Source: Candidatus Delongbacteria bacterium (GTDB lineage Bacteria; CAIWAD01). Taken from it: DNA of 64,000 bases. Positions 9,408 through 18,577 of the stretch are shown here, piece after piece. The notes below the pieces were generated by a model that was given only the letters and a program-made list of their open reading frames with translations, was not told where the DNA came from and did no database searches. Made by a program: the position numbers and the translations under genes. Where the stretch lies: positions 1,477,937-1,541,936 of the forward strand of contig OY760505.1 of NCBI GenBank assembly GCA_963663545.1. Reading direction: 5' to 3'. Position 1 is the first letter of the stretch. Each line of letters opens with the position of its first letter.

Positions 9408-9690
9408 CGTGTGGATCCAGGTAGTCGTAGTCGACATTGCCGTCCAGCATCTCGTTCACGGCCTTGGTCGTGGGACGTGGCAAGGGCGGGAGTTCCAGCT
9501 CTTCGGGTTCCTCAGGAGCTTCCTCGCTCAAATTCAATGTCGCCTGGTACTCCTCATGCAGCTTGTTGAGGATTTCCTTCTGGTGCATCTGAATCTGGCG
9601 GGCACGTTGCCCCATCACCAGGATGGCTTCGTAAATGTTCGTGTTGCTGTTTTCGAAGTCTTCCTTGGTGGTGTCGTGCATTTTCTTCAT
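9385..9690 (-). CDS. rpoZ: DNA-directed RNA polymerase subunit omega (probable)
   Basis: 101 aa with the motif YEAILVMGQRARQI. It sits in the conserved gmk-rpoZ-coaBC neighbourhood. Confidence 0.55.
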   Translation of the reverse strand: MKKMHDTTKEDFENSNTNIYEAILVMGQRARQIQMHQKEILNKLHEEYQATLNLSEEAPEEPEELELPPLPRPTTKAVNEMLDGNVDYDYLDPHDVGPSEA

Positions 9691-9723
9691 CGACTCACCT
9701 TGTAACTGGTTTGTATCACAACT

Positions 9724-10323
9724 TTACTTATTCATTCGCGCCTGAAGAATGGCGGCCAGTTCACCGGCAGCCACATCCAGGTTGTCATTCACTACGCACT
9801 TGTCAAAACGCGGTGCAAGTTCCATTTCTTCCTGCACACGCTTCAAGCGAATAGCGATCTGCTCTTCGCTGTCCGTAGCCCGTTCACGCAAGCGACGCTC
9901 AAGCGCATCCAAGGAAGGGGGCGCAATGAACACCAACAGCACATCGGCCAGTCGCTCGCGCGCATTTAGAGCGCCCTTCACATCAAGATCCAGCAAAACA
10001 TGGCGTCCCATTGCCCGTAACCGCTCGATCTCTGATTTCAAGGTACCATAGCGATTGGCGTGCAGCTCTTCCCATTCGACAAAGTCGTCGTTGCGGACGT
10101 GCGCGTCAAACTCATCGCGACTGAGAAAGTAGTACTCGCGACCATTGACTTCGCCCATTCGCGGTGAACGTGTCGTGCAGCTAACGGCGAACACGCAGTC
10201 GTCCCGGTCATCCATGAAGCGATGCAGTAGTGTGGATTTCCCCGCTCCGGACGGCCCGGCGACTACCGTCAATGTGCCGGTCTTGCTACTCAATGTTCTG
10301 CACCTGTTCGCGAATTCGCTCAA
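9724..10323 (-). CDS. gmk: Guanylate kinase
   Basis: P-loop VVAGPSGAGKSTL and the guanylate kinase fold (RSPRMGEVNGREYYF). Confidence 0.85.
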   Translation of the reverse strand: MSEFANRCRTLSSKTGTLTVVAGPSGAGKSTLLHRFMDDRDDCVFAVSCTTRSPRMGEVNGREYYFLSRDEFDAHVRNDDFVEWEELHANRYGTLKSEIERLRAMGRHVLLDLDVKGALNARERLADVLLVFIAPPSLDALERRLRERATDSEEQIAIRLKRVQEEMELAPRFDKCVVNDNLDVAAGELAAILQARMNK

Positions 10324-11161
10324 CCTCTTCCTTGATCACAAGAACAAGATGGGTTATTCCGGTGTCGGGCGACTTGGAGCTGACTGTGTTGGCCTCGCGA
10401 ATCATCTCCTGCAGGATGAAATTCAGCTTGCTGCCGATAGCTCCGTCTCCATCCATGGTTTGACGAAACAATTCGACATGACTGCGGAAGCGCGTGATTT
10501 CTTCTGAGATGTCCTGTTTGTCCAATAGAATGGCCACTTCCATCTCGAAGCGCTCGGGCTTCAGCTCGCTGCCCTCGATCAGCTTACCCAGCTTCTCCTG
10601 CAGTTGCTGCCGACGCAGCGGACGGTTGCTTTCCCAAGCAGCAGTGATTTCGCCAAAAGTGCTCTCGATCAAGCTCAGACGATCGAGCAAATCTCTGCGC
10701 ATCACTTCACCCTCACGGGCTCGCGCTGCTTTGAAGGCCGTCAACGCCTCACCCAGCACATCCTGCATCAGAGCATAAAGCTCCTCATCGGTGTTGGTAC
10801 TATCCTGGGAGCTTAGAACACCCTCGAATTGCATCAGCTCGTAGGTACCAAGGTTATCTGGCAGATCAAGCGTCTTGGCCAGTTCTGCGGCAGCACGACG
10901 ATAAGCGGCTGCCAGCGACATATCCAGATCTACCTGCAAGGGCGCGTCCTCGCCCCGCTGCAGACTCATGAAAACGCTCAATTTACCGCGATAGAGTTCC
11001 TTTTTCAGCAACTCGCGCAATTGGTGCTGAAAGGGAAATAGCTGTCGTGGAAGTTTGAGACTGATTTCAAGGAAGCGATTGTTCAGACTGGATAGTTCTA
11101 CCTGAAGGTGAAAGCCGGCTTTGTTTCCGTCCGCCCTACCGAAGCCCGTCATCGAATGCAT
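10286..11161 (-). CDS. yicC: YicC-family stress-induced protein
   Basis: N-terminal MTGFGRA and a C-terminal YicC-like domain; 291 aa. Confidence 0.8.
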   Translation of the reverse strand: MHSMTGFGRADGNKAGFHLQVELSSLNNRFLEISLKLPRQLFPFQHQLRELLKKELYRGKLSVFMSLQRGEDAPLQVDLDMSLAAAYRRAAAELAKTLDLPDNLGTYELMQFEGVLSSQDSTNTDEELYALMQDVLGEALTAFKAARAREGEVMRRDLLDRLSLIESTFGEITAAWESNRPLRRQQLQEKLGKLIEGSELKPERFEMEVAILLDKQDISEEITRFRSHVELFRQTMDGDGAIGSKLNFILQEMIREANTVSSKSPDTGITHLVLVIKEEVERIREQVQNIE

Positions 11162-11170
11162 ATCACCACC

Positions 11171-11212
11171 GCAAGATGAAAGCCCCCCGCTGCCCGTAGG
11201 CTCGGGGGGGCT
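11171..11212 (-). terminator. Putative terminator downstream of the sigma factor gene
   Basis: AGCCCCCC...GGGGGGCT 8-bp GC stem with an internal GCC/GGC helix. Confidence 0.4.
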
Positions 11213-11231
11213 GGTACGCTCTTTGTGCCTG

Positions 11232-12062
11232 TTAGCCTAGATAGGCCTTCAGGTTTTTACTCCGGCTCGCGTGACGCAGGCGACGCAAAGCCTTCTCCTT
11301 GATCTGGCGCACGCGTTCGCGGGTCAGGCTGAACTTCTCGCCGATCTCCTCCAAGGTCATCGGATGCTCGCGATGCAAGCCGAAATAGAGACGCACAACT
11401 TCGGCCTCCCGCTCGCTAAGCGTTGCCAACGCGCGATTGACCTCGGTCTTCAGCGATTCATCCATCAGACAGGAATCCGGCGCAGGCTGGCTATCGTTGT
11501 GGATGATGTCCAGTAGGCGGTTTTCCTCACCCAAGTTGAAAGGCGCGTCCATGGAGAGGTGACGGCCCGATCGCTTCATCGTGTCGGTTACTTCGTAAGC
11601 CGACATTTCCAGTGTTTCCGCGATTTCATCGGGCGAAGGTTCGCGCTCCATCTTTTGCTCAAGCTGATTGTAGGTTTTGCCAATCTTGTTGAGCGCACCG
11701 ACGCGGTTGAGTGGAAGTCGCACAACGCGGCTCTGCTCGGCCAGTGCCTGCAGAATGGACTGACGAATCCACCACACAGCGTAGCTGATGAACTTGAATC
11801 CACGCGTCTCATCGAAGCGCTTGGCTGCCTTTATCAGGCCCAGGTTGCCCTCGTTGATGAGATCGCATAGGTCCAAGCCCTGGTTCTGATATTGCTTGGC
11901 CACGGACACGACGAAGCGCAAGTTGGCCTTGGTCAGCTTCTCCAGGGCAATCTGGTCGCCCTTCTTGATTCGCTTGGCCAGCTCAATCTCTTCATCGGGT
12001 GTGAGGAGTTCGACTTCACCGATCTCCTGCAGGTATCTTTCGAGGGTTTGATTGGCACGCAC
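11232..12062 (-). CDS. rpoD: RNA polymerase sigma-70 factor, Bacteroidetes-type primary sigma (SigA-like, lacking region 1.1)
   Basis: [37 protein letters not shown] (region 2) and region 4 HTH. The start is proposed at GTG 12060-12062 to avoid overlap with htrA; the long ORF extends to 12203. Confidence 0.75.
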   Translation of the reverse strand: MRANQTLERYLQEIGEVELLTPDEEIELAKRIKKGDQIALEKLTKANLRFVVSVAKQYQNQGLDLCDLINEGNLGLIKAAKRFDETRGFKFISYAVWWIRQSILQALAEQSRVVRLPLNRVGALNKIGKTYNQLEQKMEREPSPDEIAETLEMSAYEVTDTMKRSGRHLSMDAPFNLGEENRLLDIIHNDSQPAPDSCLMDESLKTEVNRALATLSEREAEVVRLYFGLHREHPMTLEEIGEKFSLTRERVRQIKEKALRRLRHASRSKNLKAYLG

Positions 12063-12087
12063 TGCAGCCTGATCTCCCTTTTGGGGT

Positions 12088-13614
12088 TCAGGGCACGACC
12101 GGAACGATTGTGCTCCGGCTGCCACGAATAATGTGAACCAACGTTGCGCGTTCCAGACCGCGCAGCCTGTTTGCGGCATCCCGATAATCGTCCAGATCCT
12201 CAATAGAGTATCGGTCGATCTTGGTGATCACATCACCCACATTCAGGGTGCCACGAGCGGGAGAATCCCGCCTCAGGCCTGTGACGACAACTCCACCGTG
12301 TCGCCTCACCAGTTCTTCGCTCAACTCGTAACGCGCAAGAGTCCGGGCATCGATTTCGGCAACATCAAGGCCGAGATACGGTGCTTCCAATTCCTCACGC
12401 GGTTGGGAAGGAGCTTCGCCCGTAATGCCGGCAATGTGCAAAGCACGATCCACCAGGGTGAACTTCAGCGTGCGACGCTTGCCGCCGCGTATCACCTCTG
12501 CCGTGGCTTTTTCGCCGGGACGAACACGCGCGACTTTGATGCGGAAATCGTTTACCTTCTGGACATCCTCGTCATTCCATTTGGTGATAACATCACCTGG
12601 CTCCAGTCCACCCTCCGCGGCTGGAGTATCGTCTTCCACTGAATCGACGAAAATGCCAGGCTGGTTGTCGTCCAACTCAAGTCCGGCGCGCAACTCCGAT
12701 GTCAACTCCACCGGCACCATGCCCAGATATCCCCGGGTTACCTGACCGCGCTCGATCAGATCCTGAGCTATCTGCACCGCCATATTGGAGGGAATTGCAA
12801 AGCCGATTCCCTGTCCCATGGCGTTGATCGCGGTGTTGATGCCGATGACTTCACCGCGAATGTTTACCAGCGGTCCGCCCGAATTGCCAAAATTGATGGC
12901 GGCGTCCGTCTGGGTAAAGTTCTGAAAGATGGGAGCGCCGCCTGAAATGTTCAGGTTGGCTCGCCCTTTGGCACTGATGACACCTACCGTCAGTGTCTGA
13001 TCAAGGCCCAGCGGATTACCGAGCGCAATAGCCCAGTCCCCCACTCGAATGGCATCACTGTCGCCGATTATGGCCACGTGATCCCTGTCAAAGCCGTGAT
13101 CCACCTTTACCACCGCAAGGTCCGTCTCCGGATCTGTGCCCACCACACTCGCTTCCAACTCCGTACCGTCTGACAGGACGATAGTAATCTCATCTGCATC
13201 GGCGACTACGTGATTGTTGGTTAGCACATGACCTTGTTCGTCAAAGATGAAGCCGCTACCCGAGGAGCTCACCTCCCGCTGCTGCGGCTGACCGTTTGGG
13301 GTACCGGGAATGCCAAAAAACTCATGCCAGTACCGGTCTTCAAACAACGACTGCCCACCTTGAGCAGCCTGCTCACGCACCTTGATATGAACAACCGTGG
13401 GTAGCATACGCTGTGCCACTTCCACGAAAGGCGAAGTGCCCTGGTTATCCACGAAAAACCTATTACCGGGCTGTGGCCCGGCAAGCTCTTCCGCCTGAAT
13501 GGGCGTGGTCCACTGTCGACCACTTGCATAAAGTATGCCCAGAAGGAAGAAGAGACTTGCGGAAAAGATCTTAAGGTTAGTATTATGTAGGGGTTGCAAC
13601 AGGTTTTTGTTCAT
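12088..13614 (-). CDS. htrA: Periplasmic serine endoprotease HtrA/DegP/DegQ with two PDZ domains
   Basis: Catalytic GNSGGPL, His/Asp motifs, two PDZ regions and a signal peptide after the internal Met (MNKNLL...). Confidence 0.85.
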   Translation of the reverse strand: MNKNLLQPLHNTNLKIFSASLFFLLGILYASGRQWTTPIQAEELAGPQPGNRFFVDNQGTSPFVEVAQRMLPTVVHIKVREQAAQGGQSLFEDRYWHEFFGIPGTPNGQPQQREVSSSGSGFIFDEQGHVLTNNHVVADADEITIVLSDGTELEASVVGTDPETDLAVVKVDHGFDRDHVAIIGDSDAIRVGDWAIALGNPLGLDQTLTVGVISAKGRANLNISGGAPIFQNFTQTDAAINFGNSGGPLVNIRGEVIGINTAINAMGQGIGFAIPSNMAVQIAQDLIERGQVTRGYLGMVPVELTSELRAGLELDDNQPGIFVDSVEDDTPAAEGGLEPGDVITKWNDEDVQKVNDFRIKVARVRPGEKATAEVIRGGKRRTLKFTLVDRALHIAGITGEAPSQPREELEAPYLGLDVAEIDARTLARYELSEELVRRHGGVVVTGLRRDSPARGTLNVGDVITKIDRYSIEDLDDYRDAANRLRGLERATLVHIIRGSRSTIVPVVP

Positions 13615-13762
13615 TTCGATTTCCCCCAAGTTGCACAGAGTAATATTCCGTCTTCCCACTTGCAAGACAGCCGTGTTCAAGATCTTGACACTTGACCGTG
13701 CAAGTTGACAGCTAATACAGCTCTAGGGGACGAAGTTCCCGTCTGTTCAATTTGACACAAGG

Positions 13763-14254
13763 CTAGCTGCGCTCAACGTCATCCACCTCTTCTGCACCAT
13801 CATCCTCGCTGTTATCCACAGAGTCGACGTCCACAACGCGCGCCTCGTCGGCACCTTCTTCCGCGCCATCCGTCAGTGTCTCGTCCAGTTCCCACTCAGC
13901 GTCAACCGTCTCTTCGCTTCTAGTTGATCCGCCGCCCGTGCGCGCGTGCTTCAGCATCTCCTCGTACTGATCCACCAAGCCCTGCAGGGCGTGTTCCAAT
14001 TCAGCACTGCGCTCAATGAGTGCCTGAACTTGCGCATCCTCCTGCAAAGGTTCTGATCGTGTCTCATCTGCGGACATCAGCGCATAGACGCGTGCGCCCA
14101 GTTCGCCGAATTGCCGCGCCAGACGACGCTTCTGGCTGGCAATCTCGATCTTCAGACGACCAAGACGCGTCCACTCCTCCGCCTTCTGCACGGTAAACTC
14201 GAAGCCCTCGCGCAAGGTCTGACGAACCTGACTCCAGCGATCCTCGTTACTCAT
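13763..14254 (-). CDS. Hypothetical acidic coiled-coil protein
   Basis: 163 aa ORF with an acidic C-terminus; no recognisable motif. Confidence 0.4.
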   Translation of the reverse strand: MSNEDRWSQVRQTLREGFEFTVQKAEEWTRLGRLKIEIASQKRRLARQFGELGARVYALMSADETRSEPLQEDAQVQALIERSAELEHALQGLVDQYEEMLKHARTGGGSTRSEETVDAEWELDETLTDGAEEGADEARVVDVDSVDNSEDDGAEEVDDVERS

Positions 14255-15486
14255 GGCTCCTCCCTATAAAGCAGAAATCTGCTACGCGTATCGCGGAATG
14301 TGATACAATCTTGCTTCATCGTCTTCAACAGGCTGGCTACGCCAGCCCCGCCCTGAAGCGCTAGACGCGGTCGATCCGATCCCATTGCCCGATCAAACAT
14401 GGTAGTCCGCTGCGATGGGCAGGTGAATAGATCCGCTCCCAACTGACTATTGTCCGCCAGAACCCGACACAACTCAAGCTGCATTTTTCCCGGATCGAAA
14501 CATTCCGGATCAAGGACCAGAATACGCACGCCATGACAACGCTGATCAACCCAGCGGCCACTTGTCGGGCGGAAAGTCCATGGAATAAAGCGTACTCCAT
14601 CTGCCCCCAGACCATTCAACCGGTTTGCTAAATCGCGGGCATTCAACTTTGGGTGTCCAACCATGAAGAACGGACTGGCAGTCCCGACGGCCTCCGCGAC
14701 AGTTCCCAATTCGCCAAGCGCGCCGGTGACAGCCATCCCGTATGCCGTGTCCCATGTGGGCACATTGGGCGACGTGGGCACCCAGGGCAAACCAGTCTCC
14801 GGAAAGCTCATATTGCGCGACCAGCCCGCAACCGGAATCACGCGCAACCGGCAATCAATACCAAACTCGCTGTTGAAAAGAAGCGCCAACTCACCCACCG
14901 TCATACCGTGCACATAGGGCACTGGATAAGGACCGATAAAGCTGGCCCATTCAGGCTCCAACATCAACCCGCTGACCAGCTGACCACCCAACGGATTGGG
15001 ACGATCCAGGACAATCACCTCGATATTGGCGGATCTTGCGGCCTTCATCACCTCGGCTAGAGTGGAAACGTAGGTATACGGACGAATGCCGATATCCTGG
15101 ATATCGAAGAGAATTTGATCCAGCCCACTCAGCAATGCAGGATCGATAAGACGAGCCCCGTGATACAAACTCGTCACTACCAGGCCTGTGCTCTCGTGAA
15201 CAGCATTCTCAATTCTCTCGCCAGCGAGTCCGGTGCCATCAATTCCGTGTTCCGGAGCAAACAAGCGAACGAGCGACACCTCCGGCTTACCATAGAGCAG
15301 GTCAATACTGCTGTTTCCTAGATGGTCGATGCCCGTCTGATTCGTAACAAGACCCACACGCTTGCCATTGACAACAGCCAAGGAATCCCTAAGCAAAACC
15401 TCAATGCCGGGTCGAACTCTCGCAAAAACGGTTTGTGAAATGAATAGAACAGCAATCAACAGTAAGGTAGAAAGCTTGTGTATCAC
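14251..15486 (-). CDS. DUF1343 family protein (NamZ-like exo-beta-N-acetylmuramidase)
   Basis: 411 aa, signal peptide, DUF1343-like conserved blocks (GLVTNQTG, VLDRPNPLGG). Confidence 0.6.
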   Translation of the reverse strand: MIHKLSTLLLIAVLFISQTVFARVRPGIEVLLRDSLAVVNGKRVGLVTNQTGIDHLGNSSIDLLYGKPEVSLVRLFAPEHGIDGTGLAGERIENAVHESTGLVVTSLYHGARLIDPALLSGLDQILFDIQDIGIRPYTYVSTLAEVMKAARSANIEVIVLDRPNPLGGQLVSGLMLEPEWASFIGPYPVPYVHGMTVGELALLFNSEFGIDCRLRVIPVAGWSRNMSFPETGLPWVPTSPNVPTWDTAYGMAVTGALGELGTVAEAVGTASPFFMVGHPKLNARDLANRLNGLGADGVRFIPWTFRPTSGRWVDQRCHGVRILVLDPECFDPGKMQLELCRVLADNSQLGADLFTCPSQRTTMFDRAMGSDRPRLALQGGAGVASLLKTMKQDCITFRDTRSRFLLYREEP

Positions 15487-16958
15487 GGTGCCTCTCGATC
15501 TTGCTCAGCCATCCAGCCCATGACCTTGTTCACAATCTGGTCTCGCAGCTGCTGCGCTTGCCGATTTCCAGCAAAAGGACCTTGCAGCACAAGAGAAATG
15601 ACGGCTACGGGCGTTTCGTCCCTGACAATATAGCCAGCAAGACTTCTAAGCCCACGCAAAGAGCCACTCTTTGCGAGAAGATCGTAGCCCGTGGTTCTCG
15701 AGATATCACAGCTGTGAAGTGTTCCTTCAACTCCGGCTCGAGGTAGAAGTACAAGCGGGAAGCCGCCGCTTTCGATGGATTCAAGAATGTCACACATCAA
15801 CGCACAGTGAAGGCGGTTGTAACGCGACATTCCCGATCCGTCCACAACGACAAAATCGCTCGTGATACAAAGGCTATCGCGTACCCACGCTTGTACAATC
15901 TCGCTGGATCTCTCCCATGAACCCACGCCATCTCGCATCGCAGATAGCTCAAGAAAGATGTTGTCTGCAGCCAAATTCCAACTGTTTGTCAGACAAGTGT
16001 CGACGATATTCGACAGCGGAGGGCTGTACAATGATAATGTGTCCATGAACTGGAATCTGTGATACACGGGATTCAGGGTTGGCAACTCACTGCAGATTCC
16101 GGCAGAATCAAGACTCTGTTGCAACAGGTTCACAAACAAGATCTCGGGTTGTGATACATTGGCAAATGGTGTTACAAAGTCGCCCCAGAACCTTTCCTGC
16201 CTGGAGGAACACCGCCAGCTCTTCTCACCCGATACCACCAGAAAGCGCTCAATGCCTTCCCGCCAATCCCGCATCAAACGCGGTCGGTAAATTCCGGTGA
16301 GAAATCTGTGCTCGACGGTGTAGGCATTACACGCATTTAAGAGCAGCGGCGAGTCTCCATACAGCAACAAGCAGTTCCCGTCAATCGTGGAAGCCGAAGG
16401 ACGTGCAGCCCAGGCCCCGTCGCCGTCGTCCCACATCCATCCAGGACCTAACCCGAGACCCAAGTACCGACCGTAACACAACTCAACACCTGCTGATAGA
16501 GTATCGATGTTTCTTGAGTCCAGCCTAGCAATCAGACTGTCCAAACCACGATGCGTAAGCGTGGGATCCCCACCAGGCATGACATGCAGCGGCGTCATTA
16601 GCGCGCATCTTCCGTCGGAAAGCGTATCACAGCTAGCCTCGGCGAAGGCGAGCATCGTCGTAAAGCAATAGTCAGACGTGAGCAGATCAAGAGCAGCAGC
16701 GCATGTAATCAGCTTCTGCGTACTGGCAGGAGCACATCGAATCAATGCGTTATGTGAAACAATGGTTCGATTTGTCGCCGGTGCAAAACGGGGTAGCCAG
16801 CGCACTTCCATACATAGCATCACGCTATCAGGAACAAGCTCCAGGCAATGCTCCGATAATGTCGGTGTGATACAATTCTCTTGCAGACCCCTGTCTCGTG
16901 ACATCGCCCACAGGTGTGTCACAGCAAGCAACACAAGCAGTATCCGGAGCATCGACAT
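15483..16958 (-). CDS. dacB: D-alanyl-D-alanine carboxypeptidase/endopeptidase, PBP4 family (peptidase S13)
   Basis: SxxK active site PASTQKL, DGSGMSRYN motif, signal peptide. Confidence 0.7.
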   Translation of the reverse strand: MSMLRILLVLLAVTHLWAMSRDRGLQENCITPTLSEHCLELVPDSVMLCMEVRWLPRFAPATNRTIVSHNALIRCAPASTQKLITCAAALDLLTSDYCFTTMLAFAEASCDTLSDGRCALMTPLHVMPGGDPTLTHRGLDSLIARLDSRNIDTLSAGVELCYGRYLGLGLGPGWMWDDGDGAWAARPSASTIDGNCLLLYGDSPLLLNACNAYTVEHRFLTGIYRPRLMRDWREGIERFLVVSGEKSWRCSSRQERFWGDFVTPFANVSQPEILFVNLLQQSLDSAGICSELPTLNPVYHRFQFMDTLSLYSPPLSNIVDTCLTNSWNLAADNIFLELSAMRDGVGSWERSSEIVQAWVRDSLCITSDFVVVDGSGMSRYNRLHCALMCDILESIESGGFPLVLLPRAGVEGTLHSCDISRTTGYDLLAKSGSLRGLRSLAGYIVRDETPVAVISLVLQGPFAGNRQAQQLRDQIVNKVMGWMAEQDREAP

Positions 16959-18454
16959 TATTGATTGTTCAGCATAACACGCCTGGCAATAGCCTGATGG
17001 CGGATTCTGGTTTTATTGGCAATCTTCATCTCGGCACTACGGCGAACATCCGTGTTGTCAGGATGACGACGATAGCGATACAAGATTTCGTGGATTTTGC
17101 CAACCTCGTATCGCTCGGCTACGCGTGCCACCAAATCATAATCCTCCGCAAAATCGCCGTACCGCTCTTCATCAAATCCGCCGAGCTCCTGTATCACACT
17201 CTTCTGCCAAACTCTTACCGCACCGGCACCATCAACCCGCAGATGGTTGTTTGGGTCATACTCCAAATGCTTGATGATGCCGAATTCAGGAAGCGACTCA
17301 CCTGACTCTTCCATCAACTCGTAATACGAAATCGCCAGGCCCCAATTTGGATGGGCATCCAAGTGTTGCACCGCAGAGGCTAGCGTCCGCGGTGTGTATT
17401 CGTCATCGGAATCCAATTGGGCAATCAGACGGCCCCTCGAGTTCTTCACACCAAGATTCAGCGCTCTGGCAATCACATTTCGGTCATTCTCAACAAGACG
17501 AACCCGTGGGTCCTTGGCTGACCACTCGCGTACTACATCCGCGGATGCATCTTCAGAGCAGTTGTTGACACATAGGATTTCAAAATCCTGCCATTCCCCG
17601 CGTATCACACTTGAAATAGCCTTACCTATGAAGCGTTCGCGGTTCCAGAAGGGAATGACCACACTGACGGTAACTTCGGCGCTGTGATCCATTTTGACAC
17701 TGGCGGGGGAGTGAGACAGATAAGCGCCACGCCGCCGCAAATAGTTCTTGAAAGCAGTTTCAAATTCCATCTCTTCTGCCGGGCCATAAAAGAGGTAGGT
17801 GAATCCCCCTTGCGGACCTTCTCCCGGCGAGAAGACCTTGCTTGCTCCCAGACTTCGAGCTTGCTGATCCTCACCAGCGCGGGGGAAAATGGTACACAAC
17901 TCCTGCTCAATGCAGGGAATGCTCCATTCGTCTGTGATACGCAGACGAAAGTCATACTCTTGTGCTGTGTTAAAGGCTGGATCATAACCACCAGCCTCGC
18001 TATAAGCTTTCCAGGAAATCGCCAGCAGCGGACCAAAACTGACTCGCTCCGTGAGATCTCCAGGATAGAGGCGCGGCTTGATCAGTTTCCCACCTGCGGC
18101 ATCATCGAGTTTAGCCTCTCGATACCACCCGTAGCAAGCACCAACGCCACGGACGGCCAGTGTATCACGCATTAACCGCAGGGCTTCTGGCGCTAATACA
18201 CACCCTTCCGGCAGCTCTAGCAATAACCCTCCAGGCCAGTGACGGAAGACGTAATACTTCATCTGGGCCAGGTTGCGAAACTCGTCATGTATCACCGTGA
18301 CACGAGGATCAGGGATTGCCGGTAGTACGTCTCTTTTTCCGTTCGTGCAAAGAACAGCGCAGAAGTCAAGGTTCTGCTTCAACAAACTGTCAATTGTGCG
18401 GTGGGCCTCTTCGCCTCCGGTCAGCACAGGGATCAGAATTGTTAGCTGATTCAT
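16958..18454 (-). CDS. Tandem family-2 glycosyltransferase (two GT2 domains)
   Basis: N-terminal GT2 (ILIPVLTGGEEAHRTIDSL) and a second GT2 (VSVVIPFWNRERFIGKAISSV, DxD). Confidence 0.7.
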   Translation of the reverse strand: MNQLTILIPVLTGGEEAHRTIDSLLKQNLDFCAVLCTNGKRDVLPAIPDPRVTVIHDEFRNLAQMKYYVFRHWPGGLLLELPEGCVLAPEALRLMRDTLAVRGVGACYGWYREAKLDDAAGGKLIKPRLYPGDLTERVSFGPLLAISWKAYSEAGGYDPAFNTAQEYDFRLRITDEWSIPCIEQELCTIFPRAGEDQQARSLGASKVFSPGEGPQGGFTYLFYGPAEEMEFETAFKNYLRRRGAYLSHSPASVKMDHSAEVTVSVVIPFWNRERFIGKAISSVIRGEWQDFEILCVNNCSEDASADVVREWSAKDPRVRLVENDRNVIARALNLGVKNSRGRLIAQLDSDDEYTPRTLASAVQHLDAHPNWGLAISYYELMEESGESLPEFGIIKHLEYDPNNHLRVDGAGAVRVWQKSVIQELGGFDEERYGDFAEDYDLVARVAERYEVGKIHEILYRYRRHPDNTDVRRSAEMKIANKTRIRHQAIARRVMLNNQ

Positions 18455-18523
18455 GAATCTCCAAGAGCTTTGTGATACACAGACTTCAAGATTGCAAATC
18501 CTCAGGAATCACCAGTGTCCACG

Positions 18524-18553
18524 TAAAATGAAACGGGGCGCCAAAAGCGCCCC
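18524..18553 (-). terminator. Rho-independent terminator downstream of the T9SS beta-helix gene
   Basis: GGGGCGC-caaaa-GCGCCCC hairpin followed on the minus strand by a T-rich run. Confidence 0.6.
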
Positions 18554-18577
18554 GTAGCAGAATCTTTGAGAGTGGTC

